A stretch of 22,260 bases of DNA, taken from the NCBI GenBank assembly GCA_010093705.1, contig MU006105.1:611373-633632 (forward strand). Direction: 5' to 3'. Positions within the stretch are counted from its first letter, which is position 1. Every line of letters starts with the position of its first letter. Positions 10,640 through 22,260 of the stretch are shown here, one piece after another. A program made the translations under genes and the position numbers. This DNA comes from Patellaria atrata CBS 101060. Its lineage: Eukaryota. Below the pieces are notes generated by a model. That model was given only the letters and a program-made list of their open reading frames with translations. It made no database searches and was not told the DNA's origin.

Positions 10640-11619
10640 TCAATCCTTCCACCGATTGAGCCACCGTTGCATATCATCCTCGGGCATAGCAGCAGGAGAA
10701 GCCTAAACAGCACCGTCAACTTAGTGTCTTTCATTCCATATACGACTTCAACTTACTGGGTTCTCAATACTAGTATGAGTGAAACCATTCGACTGCGTGA
10801 ACGTCGTCTTAGGTTCTGGTGTCGGCAGGAATGTCTTCGCAAAACTGACAGAGCTAGTCGGATACTGTGCGCTCCATGATTTCTTCTTTATCTTTGTCGG
10901 GGGTACTTTCTGCATAGGTGCGTAGTGGGTCAACCCCGTCTGCATGGTGTACTCAACCCCGTACTGTTCTTCCGGGGTAGCTGAGGCTGTGACGTCGGCA
11001 ACATTATTCACGGTAGGAGGACCCTTTGTGCCCTCGACTGACTCCAAGGCCGCTATTATGTTTGGCGCGAAGGTTCCAGTCATGCCTGTTAGAGTGAAGC
11101 GGGGAGAATAGTTTGTAACTGTGCCACCGGATTTTGCGACAGAGATCATTCTGAGGAAACTAGATATAGTTAGACACCAGTTACTCAAAGAATTATCTTG
11201 AGCTGCTCGTATAGGCAGAGGTGGAAAACATACTATGCATTCTTCCCCTCGCCGCCCATTGCAGCAGGTATTGCTCCCATGGCCTCATTCCCGAGCGCAA
11301 AGTCACCTTGTGTTGTGATCGCAGTAAGTTGAACCTATTCAAGAAAATACTGTCAGACAAAGTATTCCTAGCATCAAGATCTGATCTGATGAAGACGTAC
11401 TATGTCCACATCGGTATTCCCACCGGCACAGAGAAAGAGCTGGTATGTCGAAAGATCTTCCAAGGGAGGATCATCCCCGGAATCCTCCCATTCAATCGAT
11501 AAAGAACCACCTCCCAATATCGAAGCACCAGCTTTTGGCTTTGTGAATTTGACGTCGGCAAGGGTGAGAGATGCGTAGGACAGGAGCGCGAAAACAAGGG
11601 CGAGGGACCTCAATACCAT
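10640..11619 (-). CDS. KRE9: Kre9/Knh1 family secreted cell wall beta-1,6-glucan synthesis protein, 261 aa. Exons 11401-11619, 11234-11334, 10757-11159, 10640-10702
   Basis: The signal peptide MVLRSLALVFALLSYASLTLA is followed by DVKFTKP, IEWEDSG..PPL and LFLCAGGN. Further motifs are NYSPRFTLTGMTG, YTMQTGLTHYAPMQKVPPTKI and a C-terminal NPASPAAMPEDDMQRWLNRWKD. The three introns are canonical and phase-consistent (786 nt CDS). Confidence 0.95.
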
Positions 11620-11858
11620 GGCCAGTATGAGGAATTCGATGCGGGCGACGAGTATAGTACAGGGAAATATATAGATTAGTCTGTTGAAACTGAGACGAGA
11701 GCACGATTGCGTTGTAGATCTGCAAAAGTACAATATCTTGAAGTCTTTGGTGTTGTCTTAGGTTGCGTAATGAGGCCATGACTCGGGAGGCGCATATCAC
11801 AGCAAGGGCAGCTTCCGCACATTCATTCCCGATTGATCTATTTGCCGCTCCGAGGAGG

Positions 11859-11866
11859 TCACGTGA
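11859..11866. promoter_or_regulatory. Palindromic TCACGTGA (bHLH/Cbf1-type E-box) upstream of KRE9
   Basis: It is a perfect 8-bp palindrome ~240 nt upstream of the KRE9 ATG. Confidence 0.3.
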
Positions 11867-12183
11867 GAGGATCTGGGATTCAAAACAAGTTTAGCAAACA
11901 TTATTGTGGTGAGGGCCAGAAGTCACTTTTCAGAGCACTTCGAGTATAGGAGTAATCATGAAGTATTTGCAGTGTGGAACGCATTGAGTGTAGTTTGAAG
12001 CTACAATAGCGCTTCAAGAGACCATAAATTGAAGCTACCATATGCTTCGGAGGTCAAAGTTGGTGTTTTCCACTGATTGTGGATATGTACCACCATAAGT
12101 AGATACAGCATAAAACCATGCGCTGGGAAGGTGTTATTGTACAGAATTGCAAAGGAGCAAGTCCGACATTGCGTCGGAAAACG

Positions 12184-12199
12184 AAAAAAAAAAAAAAAA
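12184..12199. repeat. Poly(A)16 homopolymer, which is poly-U on the cyclin strand downstream of its stop
   Basis: Directly visible in the sequence. Confidence 0.9.
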
Positions 12200-12552
12200 C
12201 CTCAAATGTGCCGCCATGAAAGCCCGTCTCATTCGTAAAAATATTCGCCAGGTCTCGAATAAAAAAAAATAAGCGAAGAGGGAATGAAAACCGTCAAAAG
12301 TTCCCACCCACAGGGGAATAAAAGTAACAAATTGAATCCCGCTTTTCTGTCCCTTGATGCACCAATAACACCCTGCTTAGCCCGAACTTCGTAAACGTGA
12401 AATCGTAAATATGTAATTTGAGATGGGAAATATCGGAAAGAATGCTCCTCAACCGTGCACAGCCTTGCCAGGTTGCAGAATGTGATCATTGCGGTGAAAA
12501 ATACCTGCTGATATCATATGAAAAGGTACGCCCAATGCTATACAATATAGCT

Positions 12553-13467
12553 TTAGGCATTAACGTTGACTCGTCCCCTGACTGGAAGTTTCGGTTGGAA
12601 GGATGCTGGGACCCTGTTGCGCAACATGGTAACATGTACAGCTGCCTGCTGGAGAGCCATTGTCTTGTCGTGGAGAATGTCGCAAGTTACTTGGAGATCG
12701 AAATTCGTCAGGTAACAGAGACTAATCTCCAACATGTGCAACTCGCTCTCTCTGACTCCGCCAACTGCGGCGAAACGGGCCTGAGGATATCGAAGATCCT
12801 CCAGCGCCTTCATCCCGACACGTAGACTAGCCAACATCAGACGGTGTACGGTCCTAGGAGTAAGAGGGACGAGTTTCTCCTCGATAACTAATTTGTGGAT
12901 ATAGACACCTGCTGCAAGCCACACGGCGGTCGACATGGGACAGAATCTCTGCAGACGAATTGCATAGTCCTCCAAAGGTACGGTTGGTGGACGTCTGGAG
13001 AAGAATTTGCGAGCAATTGCTTGTTGCTGGACATTGATAGGTTCCGCACCGTGTCCGATAATACCGGCAGCCGGTTCCGAAGCACAAGCTTCCGGACTAC
13101 CAATCTCTACCTCTTTGAATGTGGGAGCTTTCATGTCGTCAGAAGGTACGGGGGTCGCTGGGCGGACTACAGATCGTCGCCTGGAGTGATTGTTTGAAGG
13201 ACTACTCATAGTAGGTGTGCTAGGACGGCTTAGAGGCGGCGTAGGTGGAACATCCCCTTGAAAACTTGCAAGAGCTGCAAGTGTTCGTGTGAGGATCTTC
13301 ATGGCTGTCTCTGCTTCCATTGTTGCAACGTCCCAACCTCCTTCAACAGGCGGTGATGGTATGTCCGCTCGGGGTGAAGCAATTGGAGGAATGACACCTG
13401 TATCGGCTGAGGGATTGGGTGGTGGAGGAGGTTCGTCATGGTGAGAAGTTGTTGAAGAAGGGTCCAT
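12553..13467 (-). CDS. PCL7: Pho85-associated cyclin of the Pho80/Pcl6-Pcl7 family, 304 aa, intronless CDS
   Basis: The Pho80-like cyclin box is FFSRRPPTVPLEDYAIRLQRFCPMSTAVWLAAGVYIHKL...TVHRLMLASLRVGMKALED...FAAVGGV..ELHMLEISLCYLTNFDL. The N-terminus is Pro/Ser-rich and the start context is ACAATGG. The family is secure; the exact paralog name is less so. Confidence 0.9.
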   Translation of the reverse strand: MDPSSTTSHHDEPPPPPNPSADTGVIPPIASPRADIPSPPVEGGWDVATMEAETAMKILTRTLAALASFQGDVPPTPPLSRPSTPTMSSPSNNHSRRRSVVRPATPVPSDDMKAPTFKEVEIGSPEACASEPAAGIIGHGAEPINVQQQAIARKFFSRRPPTVPLEDYAIRLQRFCPMSTAVWLAAGVYIHKLVIEEKLVPLTPRTVHRLMLASLRVGMKALEDLRYPQARFAAVGGVRESELHMLEISLCYLTNFDLQVTCDILHDKTMALQQAAVHVTMLRNRVPASFQPKLPVRGRVNVNA

Positions 13468-13631
13468 TGTCTTTATGAATGTTTATGTATCGTGAAGCCT
13501 CGAGGTCAGGCTAAGATCGAAGGCTTGATTGTGAATTAGAGCGTGACCTTATTATCAGGATGCTTCAGAAGACGAGGCTTGCCATATGTGTTTAGGCACG
13601 GCTGGAGTCCGCTGCTGACGAGGTGTATTGA

Positions 13632-13682
13632 CTGAATTGGTTGGCCACATGCATACTGTCAGAGGGACGGAGGAATAAGTAC
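13632..13682 (-). other. Probable 51-nt 5'-UTR intron of the cyclin gene
   Basis: On the minus strand it reads CAG|GTACTT...CTGAC/GCCAAC...TTCAG, ~165 nt upstream of the ATG. The size matches the 47-66 nt introns in neighbouring genes. Confidence 0.4.
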
Positions 13683-16163
13683 CTGCTCGCGAAACGGGAA
13701 AGGATGCTAAAGTGGCAGACGTGTTGTAACTTTGTTCGAAGCGGTAGACAACGAGATGATACCAAATCTCCGGGTATGGCTAGTCAGAGAGGTGAACGAA
13801 TAATGTTCTGCTATAACAACAGGAACTTGCGGGCCGAAAAAGCAGTGCTACTGCTCGTCACACCCGCGCGCTGCGGAGCACGGGCACGATATGGATCAGT
13901 CTGTGATCAGTCTTGATCCGGCTCGAGATCAGAGCTTGTTAATCTGAAAGTATGGCAAAATTGTAAAGTGGAAGCGATCTCCAGATTGATGATGAGATGG
14001 AGCAGCTGCAAGGCTTTGGCTAAAAGATCTTGGACGAAAGGGAGCTTGAGCCTTGGACGAGTTTGAAGCTCTAAACAACGTCAGTCTAGGGCGGGGGTGT
14101 CTAATCGAAGGAGGTTTGGCTGGAAATGGTTCCCTTCGTAGCCGCTTATCACTTTTCGGGGGCAAGATCAAAAGCCGCATCCACTACTACAAACGCTCAC
14201 CAGCCTCTTCTGCTCATCTTTAAGTCAGGTGGGAAGAAGAAAACGGTAAATTCGGTCTCAGTAAGAGAGTCATTTCAAGGATTCAAGAGGCAAAAACGTT
14301 CCAGACCCCCCATACCCCACAACCACACCGTGTCCTGGAGTATCTGGTAAGCAACCGCTATCCCCTTTAGTAACTGCATAGTCAAAAGAAACATATCATA
14401 TCGTGAGCAACCGAAATTTGTCTTTGCCAAGTGTCTCCTGGGACTTTATTCCAGCAAATGGACAGAAATTATTCATCTTAAGAGGCAGAATTGAGCAAAT
14501 CATACTTAGAAGCAGAGCTTGGGAGAGCCTTACATACATGAGCGCCAACGCAGTCCAGAAAGAATCGAACACGCAGCCCCGTGATATTACAGGAAAGCGC
14601 GGGATGATCTGTAACTACGGACGTACAAGTAACTACAGTATACATACGAGTTACGATCTCCATAGCCGTGGAGTGCATCGGCTTTATGTTACCCTGCATC
14701 GCAGTACCTGACCTATAAACGTAGCGGATTTGTACTAGAAACATAGGAGTATCATCCCTTTAGGGCCTTTAGGGATACTTTCAGCTAATTCCAATTTCAC
14801 CGTCTATTTAACTGGTTCATATAACTGGTTGAAATATGAATTTAGGCTTGTATGTGTTGTTCTTTTCTGCAAGCCATACTGCTTACCCCAACTTCACCAT
14901 ACTACCGGGTAACCTTCTCTACTCTCTTTAAATGGAGCAATCATTCTTTCCACCTTCTATGCAGCTCATTTATCCTGGGACTGTGCTTCCACTTGCATTC
15001 AAATACCACGCTGTCGTGCTTTCTTTTTCCTCCCCAGGCAGACATGTTTTTTCTTCCCCATCATGTGATGGTATGGTACGATCCAGGCCAACAGCCTCAG
15101 AATGACTCGATCCAATGTAAACACTCTCGGCGGGGCGTTTGCAGCGTCACAAGGACAACATACTGTTCGTACAACATACGAACACTGTAATGGGTAGACT
15201 ACCGAATGCGGTATCCGCCGCGCCAGTTTCGAATCCTATCACTCGGCATATTGCTCCTCCGAGTGTCACTCTTTGAAAGACGTATAGCGGCTCCCCTCCA
15301 GACCTTGACACCTACCCGACATAATGTCAAGAAGCTAAAAAGAAGGAATCTAAAGCTATAACAGAAACTGTATGTGCTGCTATCACTCGGATAACTCGGT
15401 ACCTTTAAACGGACCTATTCTCATCCCTACTATTCCTCAAATTTCGTCCGTTTCCACTAAATGCGGCCCAAAAGGAAATTTATATCCATATCTCAGCTTC
15501 TCCCCGCAAAGAGTAGATATGGCAAGATGTTCCTGCAGGATGTTTATGGATCTTTCACATTTGTCACTACCTAATATAGTAAAGGATAACCCCCTAGCAT
15601 GACGCTGCGTAGACCCTGAAGTCCATCAGCTCACTGACTCGCCCCACACCAGACGGAAACCAGGCACGTGGGCAAGACCCTTAAATCGATCCGAAAAAGG
15701 GGTACTCGTTATCGGATCATTCTCTGAATGACTCAATTCAGACGCAACAGTTTGAAAAGTGGATTGGTGTTGGAAGAACTCCCTGACTAGCTCAATATGA
15801 AGCAACTTTCTCCCATCCTTATCACTCTTTTATGAGATCAATACTTGGAAGTAGTAGAATGGTGCATATTATATATTTTTATCCTCCAAAGCCATTGAAC
15901 TAACTTGGACTGATATAAATACAATCTTACAACGTAGCTAAGATGTCCTGCTAATATTCTCCCTGATATCTTGTCCAGATAAATATATCCCCACCTTCAA
16001 ATAGCTTGAGCCCTCTTCTCATCCCAACAACATATCCCTTCCTCCTCCGTTCATACCTTAACCATACAGATAATATATATAGCGCCCCAACGCCCTTGAT
16101 AAACTCCTTTGAAGAGTCTCCGAATTCCCTCCCCACTCTCAATATACGGTCGTCATCTCCCTT

Positions 16164-16891
16164 TCATGACCCTTCCCCCTTCCTCTCCTTCTCAACCCGT
16201 TCCAACATCTTCTGCCTAGCCTTCAAAATCATCTCCTCCTTCCTCTTCTGCAGCTCCGCCTGCCTCTTCGCCTTATCCCCACTCCACGCCGGTTTCTTCC
16301 CCGCCGAAATATCCTCCTTCTCTTCGACCGGAGCGTTAACTTTCGAGCCCAAGTTATAGCGCGTTATAAGATCCGGATGTTTCGGCTGACTTGCGGCCGG
16401 ATTATGACGGGACGAGGGAGTCGAGCTAGTCGATGGGGAGGCAGTAGAGACGGCAGGTAGTTGAAAGTTTAGCGGGGGCTAGATAGAGATAATGTTAGCA
16501 CATCTATACTGCGGTATCGAGCATTCAATCATTCGACTACAGAAACTCCCTCCCCACCCCCTAAGATCATACCCTCTCACCAAACACAACCACCAGCGAA
16601 TGGAAGCATAACTAGACTGACCACATCTAAACCCCTCCCCAGAATCCTCTCCGTTGTCGCCCCCACGTTCCCTCCGTTTCTCGCGAGATCCCACCCGATG
16701 CTCCGCCGATCCAGCTGCGGGAACATCTGTGCGATCTGCTCGATCTGCTCCGGTCGCGGGCCTCGTCGCTGGCGGGCCGAACTGTTGCTCGAGTGCGTTG
16801 TCGTGGAGGGCGAGATGTACCAGCGGATGGCGAAGAAGGTGATTAGGAGCACGGCGAGGAGTTGCGGGATGTTGAGGCTCTGTTCGGGCAT
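16164..16891 (-). CDS. CUE1: Cue1-like ER membrane CUE-domain protein (ERAD, Ubc7 recruitment), 194 aa. Exons 16622-16891 and 16164-16478
   Basis: It has an N-terminal TM anchor (LLAVLLITFFAIRWYI), a CUE domain (QIEQIAQMFPQLDRRSIGWDLARNGGNVGATTERIL) and a C-terminal DLITRYNL...RKEEMILKARQKM resembling the Ubc7-binding region. The intron at 16479-16621 reads GTCAGT...GCTAAC...TAG and is phase 0. Confidence 0.88.
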
Positions 16892-17475
16892 GTTGGGCCG
16901 GGGCCACGGTTTGTAGGACTCCGCTGCGGGTGGTATAGAGATGAGGAAGGTGGTTCTAGACGGGATATGGTGCGGTGTCGTGTGAGAAGAGATGTGAGGT
17001 TGGAGATAGGACTGATACGGGAGAGTATGGAGTGTGGTCCTATCTTCTGGGGTCGTGGAGGACAGTGCGGGTATTAGACCCCTGGTGGAATTCTATTTTT
17101 CAGGGACAGATAATACTTTTGATATTGTACATCGAGGAAATACAGGTGTAATAAGAAGTGTTGGTTCTTAGGTAAGCAAGATCAAATTCACATGGAAGTT
17201 ACTACCTTGTACTAAGCCCCCGGCAGTCATCCTGCACCAAGACACAAGCTTCAATCCTCACAGGAAACGTTATAAAAGGTAACATATCCCATCAATATTC
17301 GATCTGGTTTCATTAATTTTAACAGAAACTGTCACTTCGAAATGTAAAACGCCTATAACCCATAAGTTGGCCAACCTCCACCTAATGCATTACCCAAACC
17401 CATACCACATTCATTAGCCCAGGCATACAACCGCATAAGCACATAACCGCATAACAGTATAACGACCATAAACAA

Positions 17476-20400
17476 TCATCTCTTGAAATCCGCCGGTGTA
17501 AGAGCCTGCACCACACTGGTCCCCTCATTGAACCTTGTTCTAAAAATTCTATTCGCATTCTCGAACATACCATCTTTCAGACTGACAACAATGAACTGAG
17601 AGCCCTTGAACCTCGTTCTGATCAAACGACCAATATTCTGCGTATGCGAAAGATCAAGCGCAGCGTCAACTTCGTCGAGAATGTACATAGGAGCGGGTTT
17701 GAATTGGAGGAGCGCCATGATGAGGGAGAGCGCAACGAGGGATCTGTGGCAGCATGTTAGCATAGATGGATGTACACATCAGATAGAAGAAAAACATACC
17801 GCTGGCCACCGCTCAATTCTGTCAGACTCTGTTTCCACACCTTCCCTAAGCAAACTTTCACTTCCAATCCATCCGAAATCTCTTTTCCTTCTGGCGGGTC
17901 TAGCTTCGCAAAGCTACCAGGGAGGAGCTCATTGAATATGTGCCCAAAATCCCCATTGACCTTCTCCCACGTCTTCTGAAGTGCTTCACGCTTGTATTTG
18001 TCGAGATTTTGGATCGTCTCCTCAATCTTCACTTTATCCTTCTGGACGGTCCTCATCATGTTCTTCAGCGAGACCTCTTTCTTCTCAACACTATCAATCA
18101 TACTCATAACCTTCGCGTTGATCTTCTTCTTCATCCCCTGGAAGCGTTCCATGGTGCTCTTCAGAGTTGCTTTACACTCCGCCATATTCTGACCCTTGAA
18201 ATCATACGGCGTATTGGACCTGCCAAAATTATCACTCTCGTCTGCGATCCATTCATGTTCATTTTCCAGTTGCTTAAGCGTTTGAGACGCTGCCTGTTGT
18301 TCTTTGTCGAATTTCTCGATCTGGTGACCCAGTTTCTGCGCTTCTAGACCCTCTTCGATGATTTGTGCAGACTTCGAACGTATCGCTTCCTCGAGAGCTC
18401 TCAGTTCCTCGTCAAAACCCGTGAGTTTCGCTTGCTCGTCCTCGAGGTGTGCTTGTGCGATATCGTGGGCATCCTAAGAGCGTTAGTACAAAGGTTATGT
18501 AGGGTACGAGTGTTTTGTACCTTGACACGAGCTTGTTCAGAAACTAGAGAATCGATCTCCTCTTGTTGAGACTTTAAAGTCGTCTCGATGTCTTGTAGCT
18601 GCTCCTGCGCTGCAGTAAGATCGCTTCCGCACTGCTCAGATTCCAGCATCGCCTCCCTCATCTCTTGTTGTAGTGGTTTTATAGAAGTTGAATTCTTGCT
18701 CAAAGCTTTCTTCAACTTATCGAGAGAGGATTGTAGTTCAGCAAGCTTGCTATCCTTATTATTATTGAAGTCATTCATATCCTTCTCGATACGCTTGACG
18801 TCCTTAGTTGCTTCCGCATGTCGTGATTTTGCGTCAGCAATATCTTGCTTAAGTTGTACAATGTTCGCTTTCATTTCCTCAAGGGCTTGAATGATCTATA
18901 TGTAATTAGTGCGTGTATGAAGTAATTATCGTGTGACACTCACCGATGAAGAACTGTTCCCACTTATTTGTTCCTCAGCAAGCTTGATTTCATGAGATTT
19001 TAGATCGAGGTCCTGCTTTGTTTTTCTGGCAGCATCGAGCTTCTTCTTCTCCCTTGCTATCGTCGCTTGAAGCCTATTGAATGCTTGCTCCTGAACTGAT
19101 AGCTCCTTGTTGATCTCGTTGAGTTTCTGCAAAGTGACAAGTACACCACTGGATTGTGGTGCACTTCCTCCAGAGAGTGTTCCTGACGGGTCATACACGT
19201 CACCCTCCAAGGTGACACTCTTCATCCGGATAGAAGGGTCAAACGTCACCCTCTTCGCAGTTTCAGAGTCCTCGCAAATAAGAGTTGTACCAAATACGTA
19301 TTCCATAGCTGCGGTAACCTCATCGTCGAATCCGATTAGCTCAAGGGCTAGATTTACTTTACCAGGGGCAATCCTTTTAGCAGTGCTGATCTTCTCTGCT
19401 GAGGCTCTGAAAGCTGAGATCTTGTTCAGGGGAATGAGCGTCACTCGCTTCTTTAGTCTACCATTCTGTAACAATTGAGAGCCAGTATCAGCAGAGTCGA
19501 CAACAACGTTATACAAGCGGCCACCAGCGCAGATTTCCATTGCAGTTCCAGCTCGGGAGTGCTCCTTTTCTAGGGTAAAGAGTTGTGCAATGAGGCCTTT
19601 GACCTTCGATCGATCAAAGTTGGGTGTAGGATCGCTGTAGCTGAAATCGATATTCGCGACCCTCCGCTTCATACATTCAGCTTGTTCACGGAGATCTCGC
19701 ACTCGATATTGCAGACGTGACTCTTCCTGGTACATCTCATCTTCTTTGCCTGGCTCGAAGCCAAGCTTGCTGAGGTCCAATTCCAGCTTCTTGGCTTGAG
19801 TTTTCAGTGACTCCAGGTCCCTCAGGAGGTCGGCGTTCTGAGCCATTGCTTTCTTTGCCTTGGGTTCATCCTCTTTGATCCGCTTTTCTAGATGGACAAT
19901 CTTAAGCTTTGCTTGTTCTTGTTCAGTCGCTGCAGCACTTGCTCTGTTTTTCGCATCCTGGAGTTGGCCTTGGTAACCGCTCTCCTGGCCCTCTTTAGAA
20001 GCGACGCCAGTCTGGAGAGTTTGGAGCAGTTCCTCTTTCTTCTCGACTTCCTCGGTCTGCTTAGTCAATTCTTCGTGTGCATCGTTGTACTTTGCTTGCA
20101 ATTTCTCGTAAATCTTTGTCTTCTCCTTAAGTTGCGCTTCAAGTTCTTTGACGCTCTTTTCAACCTGCTGGCGTTTTTGAGTCTCTTCGCCCATACTAGA
20201 CTTCTTGAGGTCTATGACAGTGGTCAAACGGACAACCTCGTGAGAATGATGCTTCACTTCGTCCTCGAGTGCCTGAAATTTGCCACCCTTACGTAGCTCC
20301 TTCTCGCGTGTGGCCTTGACCTTTTTAATGTCCTCTTGAAGGAAGGAAATCTCGTTCTTGAGTTTAACAGCAGACTCTTCGAGATCTTTTGCCCGCTGTT

Positions 20401-21339
20401 GCTTCGCCTCTAGGTCGGCCGCCGCATGTCGTAGCTTCTCTTTGTATTTTACATAATCATATGCCACAACTAGCCTCGTTAACCGCTCGAGATCACTTTG
20501 TGTCTGCTGGAAATCCAGGAATGCACGCTTCTCTAGTCTCAACTTGTTTAACTTCGGCTCGATCTCGTCTTGTAGAAGCCCCTGGATCTCCTTGACTTTT
20601 ATCTCCTTTTTGTCCATAGTCTTCTTCGCCTTGTCGCGCCTGTCCTCAAACATTCGAGTTCCGGCCGCTTCTTCAATCATGGCTAAAATCTCCACAGCTT
20701 TCATATTCAACACCTTTGTGATACGACCCTGCATGATCAAGAAGTTTGGATTGTTGATGTTAAGCTGCACCGACTGGAAGAGGTTCTGAACTGTGTGTTG
20801 CTGCGCGCGGTGCCCATTTATGAGATATTTGCTCGTTCCTCCTAGGACAATCTGTCGAGTTACAGAAATTTGCGCATACTCCTCGAAGCCGATCGGACTC
20901 GTCTTCTTGTCGCGGTTGTCGAATACAATCGTCACACTAGCTTTTGTAACACCTGCTTGCCCACGTTTATAGATGAGATCCTAAAGGGGGAATGAAGTGT
21001 TAGAAGTATTCATAATTATACTCATTGCATCCCAAGAAGCTTTCTAACTAACCTGTAAATTCTGCGCCCGCACTGTGCTCATATTTGTGATACCAAGGAC
21101 GAAGCATATTGAGTCAAGAATATTGGATTTGCCACTGCCATTGAGGCCCGTAATCGAGTTGAAGCTCTCATCCCTTGCGATCATGAGTATTGGAGTGACA
21201 GTACAGAGTGAGGACTATTTACCATCCCGAAATCACCGTTCGCACCGCATATGATTTAAAACCCTATCATACATGAGCTAACTCTCACGCGCAGACAAAC
21301 CGTGAAACCTACATCAATAATCAGCTCTGTAATCCTCAT
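17476..21339 (-). CDS. SMC2: Condensin ATPase subunit Smc2 (structural maintenance of chromosomes 2), ~1180 aa. Exons 21313-21339, 21223-21263, 21053-21173, 18944-20980, 18521-18895, 17800-18473, 17476-17743
   Basis: The spliced N-terminus [50 protein letters not shown] contains Walker A. The protein also has the Q-loop NFLIMQG, coiled coils, the hinge ([10 protein letters not shown]...[16 protein letters not shown]), the signature LSGGQ and Walker B/D-loop [12 protein letters not shown]. All six introns are GT-AG and phase-consistent, and the exons total 3543 nt. Confidence 0.98.
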
Positions 21340-21394
21340 TGTGGCGGCATAGGTTGCTGTATAGTGAAGTTACTTCCTCCGTAACATTTGTTTG

Positions 21395-21458
21395 TGTTTA
21401 CAAAAGCAACGCGGATGTGGTCGGCCAAGGCTTTGGCGTTGTCCCGCTTCCACGTGAC
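21395..21458 (-). promoter_or_regulatory. Candidate SMC2 proximal promoter motifs: forkhead TGTTTAC (21395-21401), MCB-like ACGCG (21409-21413), bHLH CACGTGAC (21451-21458)
   Basis: These are motif matches clustered 55-120 nt upstream of the SMC2 ATG. Function is inferred only. Confidence 0.35.
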
Positions 21459-22260
21459 CACGATTTGCTTTGGCTTCACGTTGCCGCTTTTCGTCCCCAT
21501 GTCTTTCATTACTCGTACCAACCACCAAACAAATCCTCAATCTACACCAAAAACTAGTTCTACATGAAAGTTGTCAAAATCTGTCGAGTTGGAGCAATTT
21601 CCAACTGCAACCCAACAGAATCTAAAACCACCTCACCTTGATAGTATCAGCAATATGAAAATTTCGAGCCTCTGGTTACTCTCCACCGTATCCCTCCCAT
21701 TGAAGAGTCCACCCAGCGTGCAGGTTTTCTAATTGAATAAAATGCCATAACTCGCTTTCGTTGAGCCCCCTCATAGAGAGCGCTTTACTCTACCAATGAC
21801 TGTTCCTCCAAGATTCGTTACACACAGCTGATACACCTCTATCATCAACAAACCGACGCATTGCGATGTCTTGATGCATCACAAATGGCCTATTGCATAT
21901 TTCTACATGATACCACGTAAAATTGAATATCGTTACGCCTCGACAACCATTTGATCCCTGTTAGTATCTACTATTCTAGGTTGATACATATGCAGTTATT
22001 TGGAGATGGCGAAGAGGGTCATATAGTATATAGTCGGTTTTTGCAGCTCCTCAATCTCCTAAGCTTTCCTAAGATCAAATATCCAACCTTCAATGTTTAT
22101 TTCTCCCATTATCGTCAACTTTTCTATAGCTCAAGATCCACAGTTATGTCTTCCAGCGGAGTCTTTATTGTAACAGGCTAGAGCCTAGTGGTATGAGCGC
22201 GCCCTGCATCCGAAGATCAGCCAGTAATATTTTCCTCAAACCTGCCTTCAGACTCTTCTC

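Noticed and set aside
11620..11733. N-terminal extension of the KRE9 exon-1 ORF given in the ORF track
   Set aside because: It starts at a non-ATG codon. The ATG at 11619 (GCCATGG) directly precedes the signal peptide.
14750..14780. Two TTTAGGG units in an imperfect hairpin, suggesting an interstitial telomere
   Set aside because: There are only two non-contiguous units, which is not a telomeric array.
15190..15270. tRNA-like TTCGAATCC motif and adjacent CACTCGG/CCGAGTG hairpin
   Set aside because: There is no T-stem pairing, acceptor stem or cloverleaf, and a 7-bp stem is expected by chance.
15951..16359. ORFs at 15951-16142 (-) and 16006-16359 (+)
   Set aside because: These are the 3'-UTR and antisense shadow of CUE1, kept open by purine/pyrimidine skew.
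17606..20789. Multiple plus-strand ORFs within SMC2 (likewise those opposite KRE9 and the cyclin)
   Set aside because: They are antisense shadows of real coding sequence with no independent features.
21500..22260. Possible divergent gene upstream of SMC2 (e.g. ORF 21951-22181)
   Set aside because: There are only short ORFs with no recognisable motifs or coherent splice model.
1..22260. CRISPR array, rRNA, intact transposon or secondary-metabolite cluster
   Set aside because: I saw no repeat-spacer pattern, no LTR/TIR pair and no transposase, RT, PKS or NRPS motifs.

Overview
This is filamentous ascomycete (Pezizomycotina-type) genomic DNA, judged from short GT-AG introns with CTRAC branch sites. 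The right half (10.6-21.3 kb) holds four conserved housekeeping genes, all on the minus strand, whose structures can be rebuilt by hand with consistent phases: KRE9/KNH1 beta-1,6-glucan synthesis protein (4 exons, 261 aa), a Pho85-type Pcl7-like cyclin (304 aa), a Cue1-like ERAD factor (2 exons, 194 aa) and condensin subunit SMC2 (7 exons, 1180 aa). The left ~10 kb has no gene I recognise, but it is structured. It contains five TATA + pyrimidine-tract promoter-like modules, most followed by canonical introns but only short or broken ORFs. It also has a candidate 83-aa N-myristoylated microprotein, a possible RIP-damaged relic, a (GAT)n microsatellite and a 15-bp tandem repeat. I found no tRNA, rRNA, CRISPR array or intact transposon, and no clear-cut novel system. 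The best lead is the cluster of orphan spliced loci.
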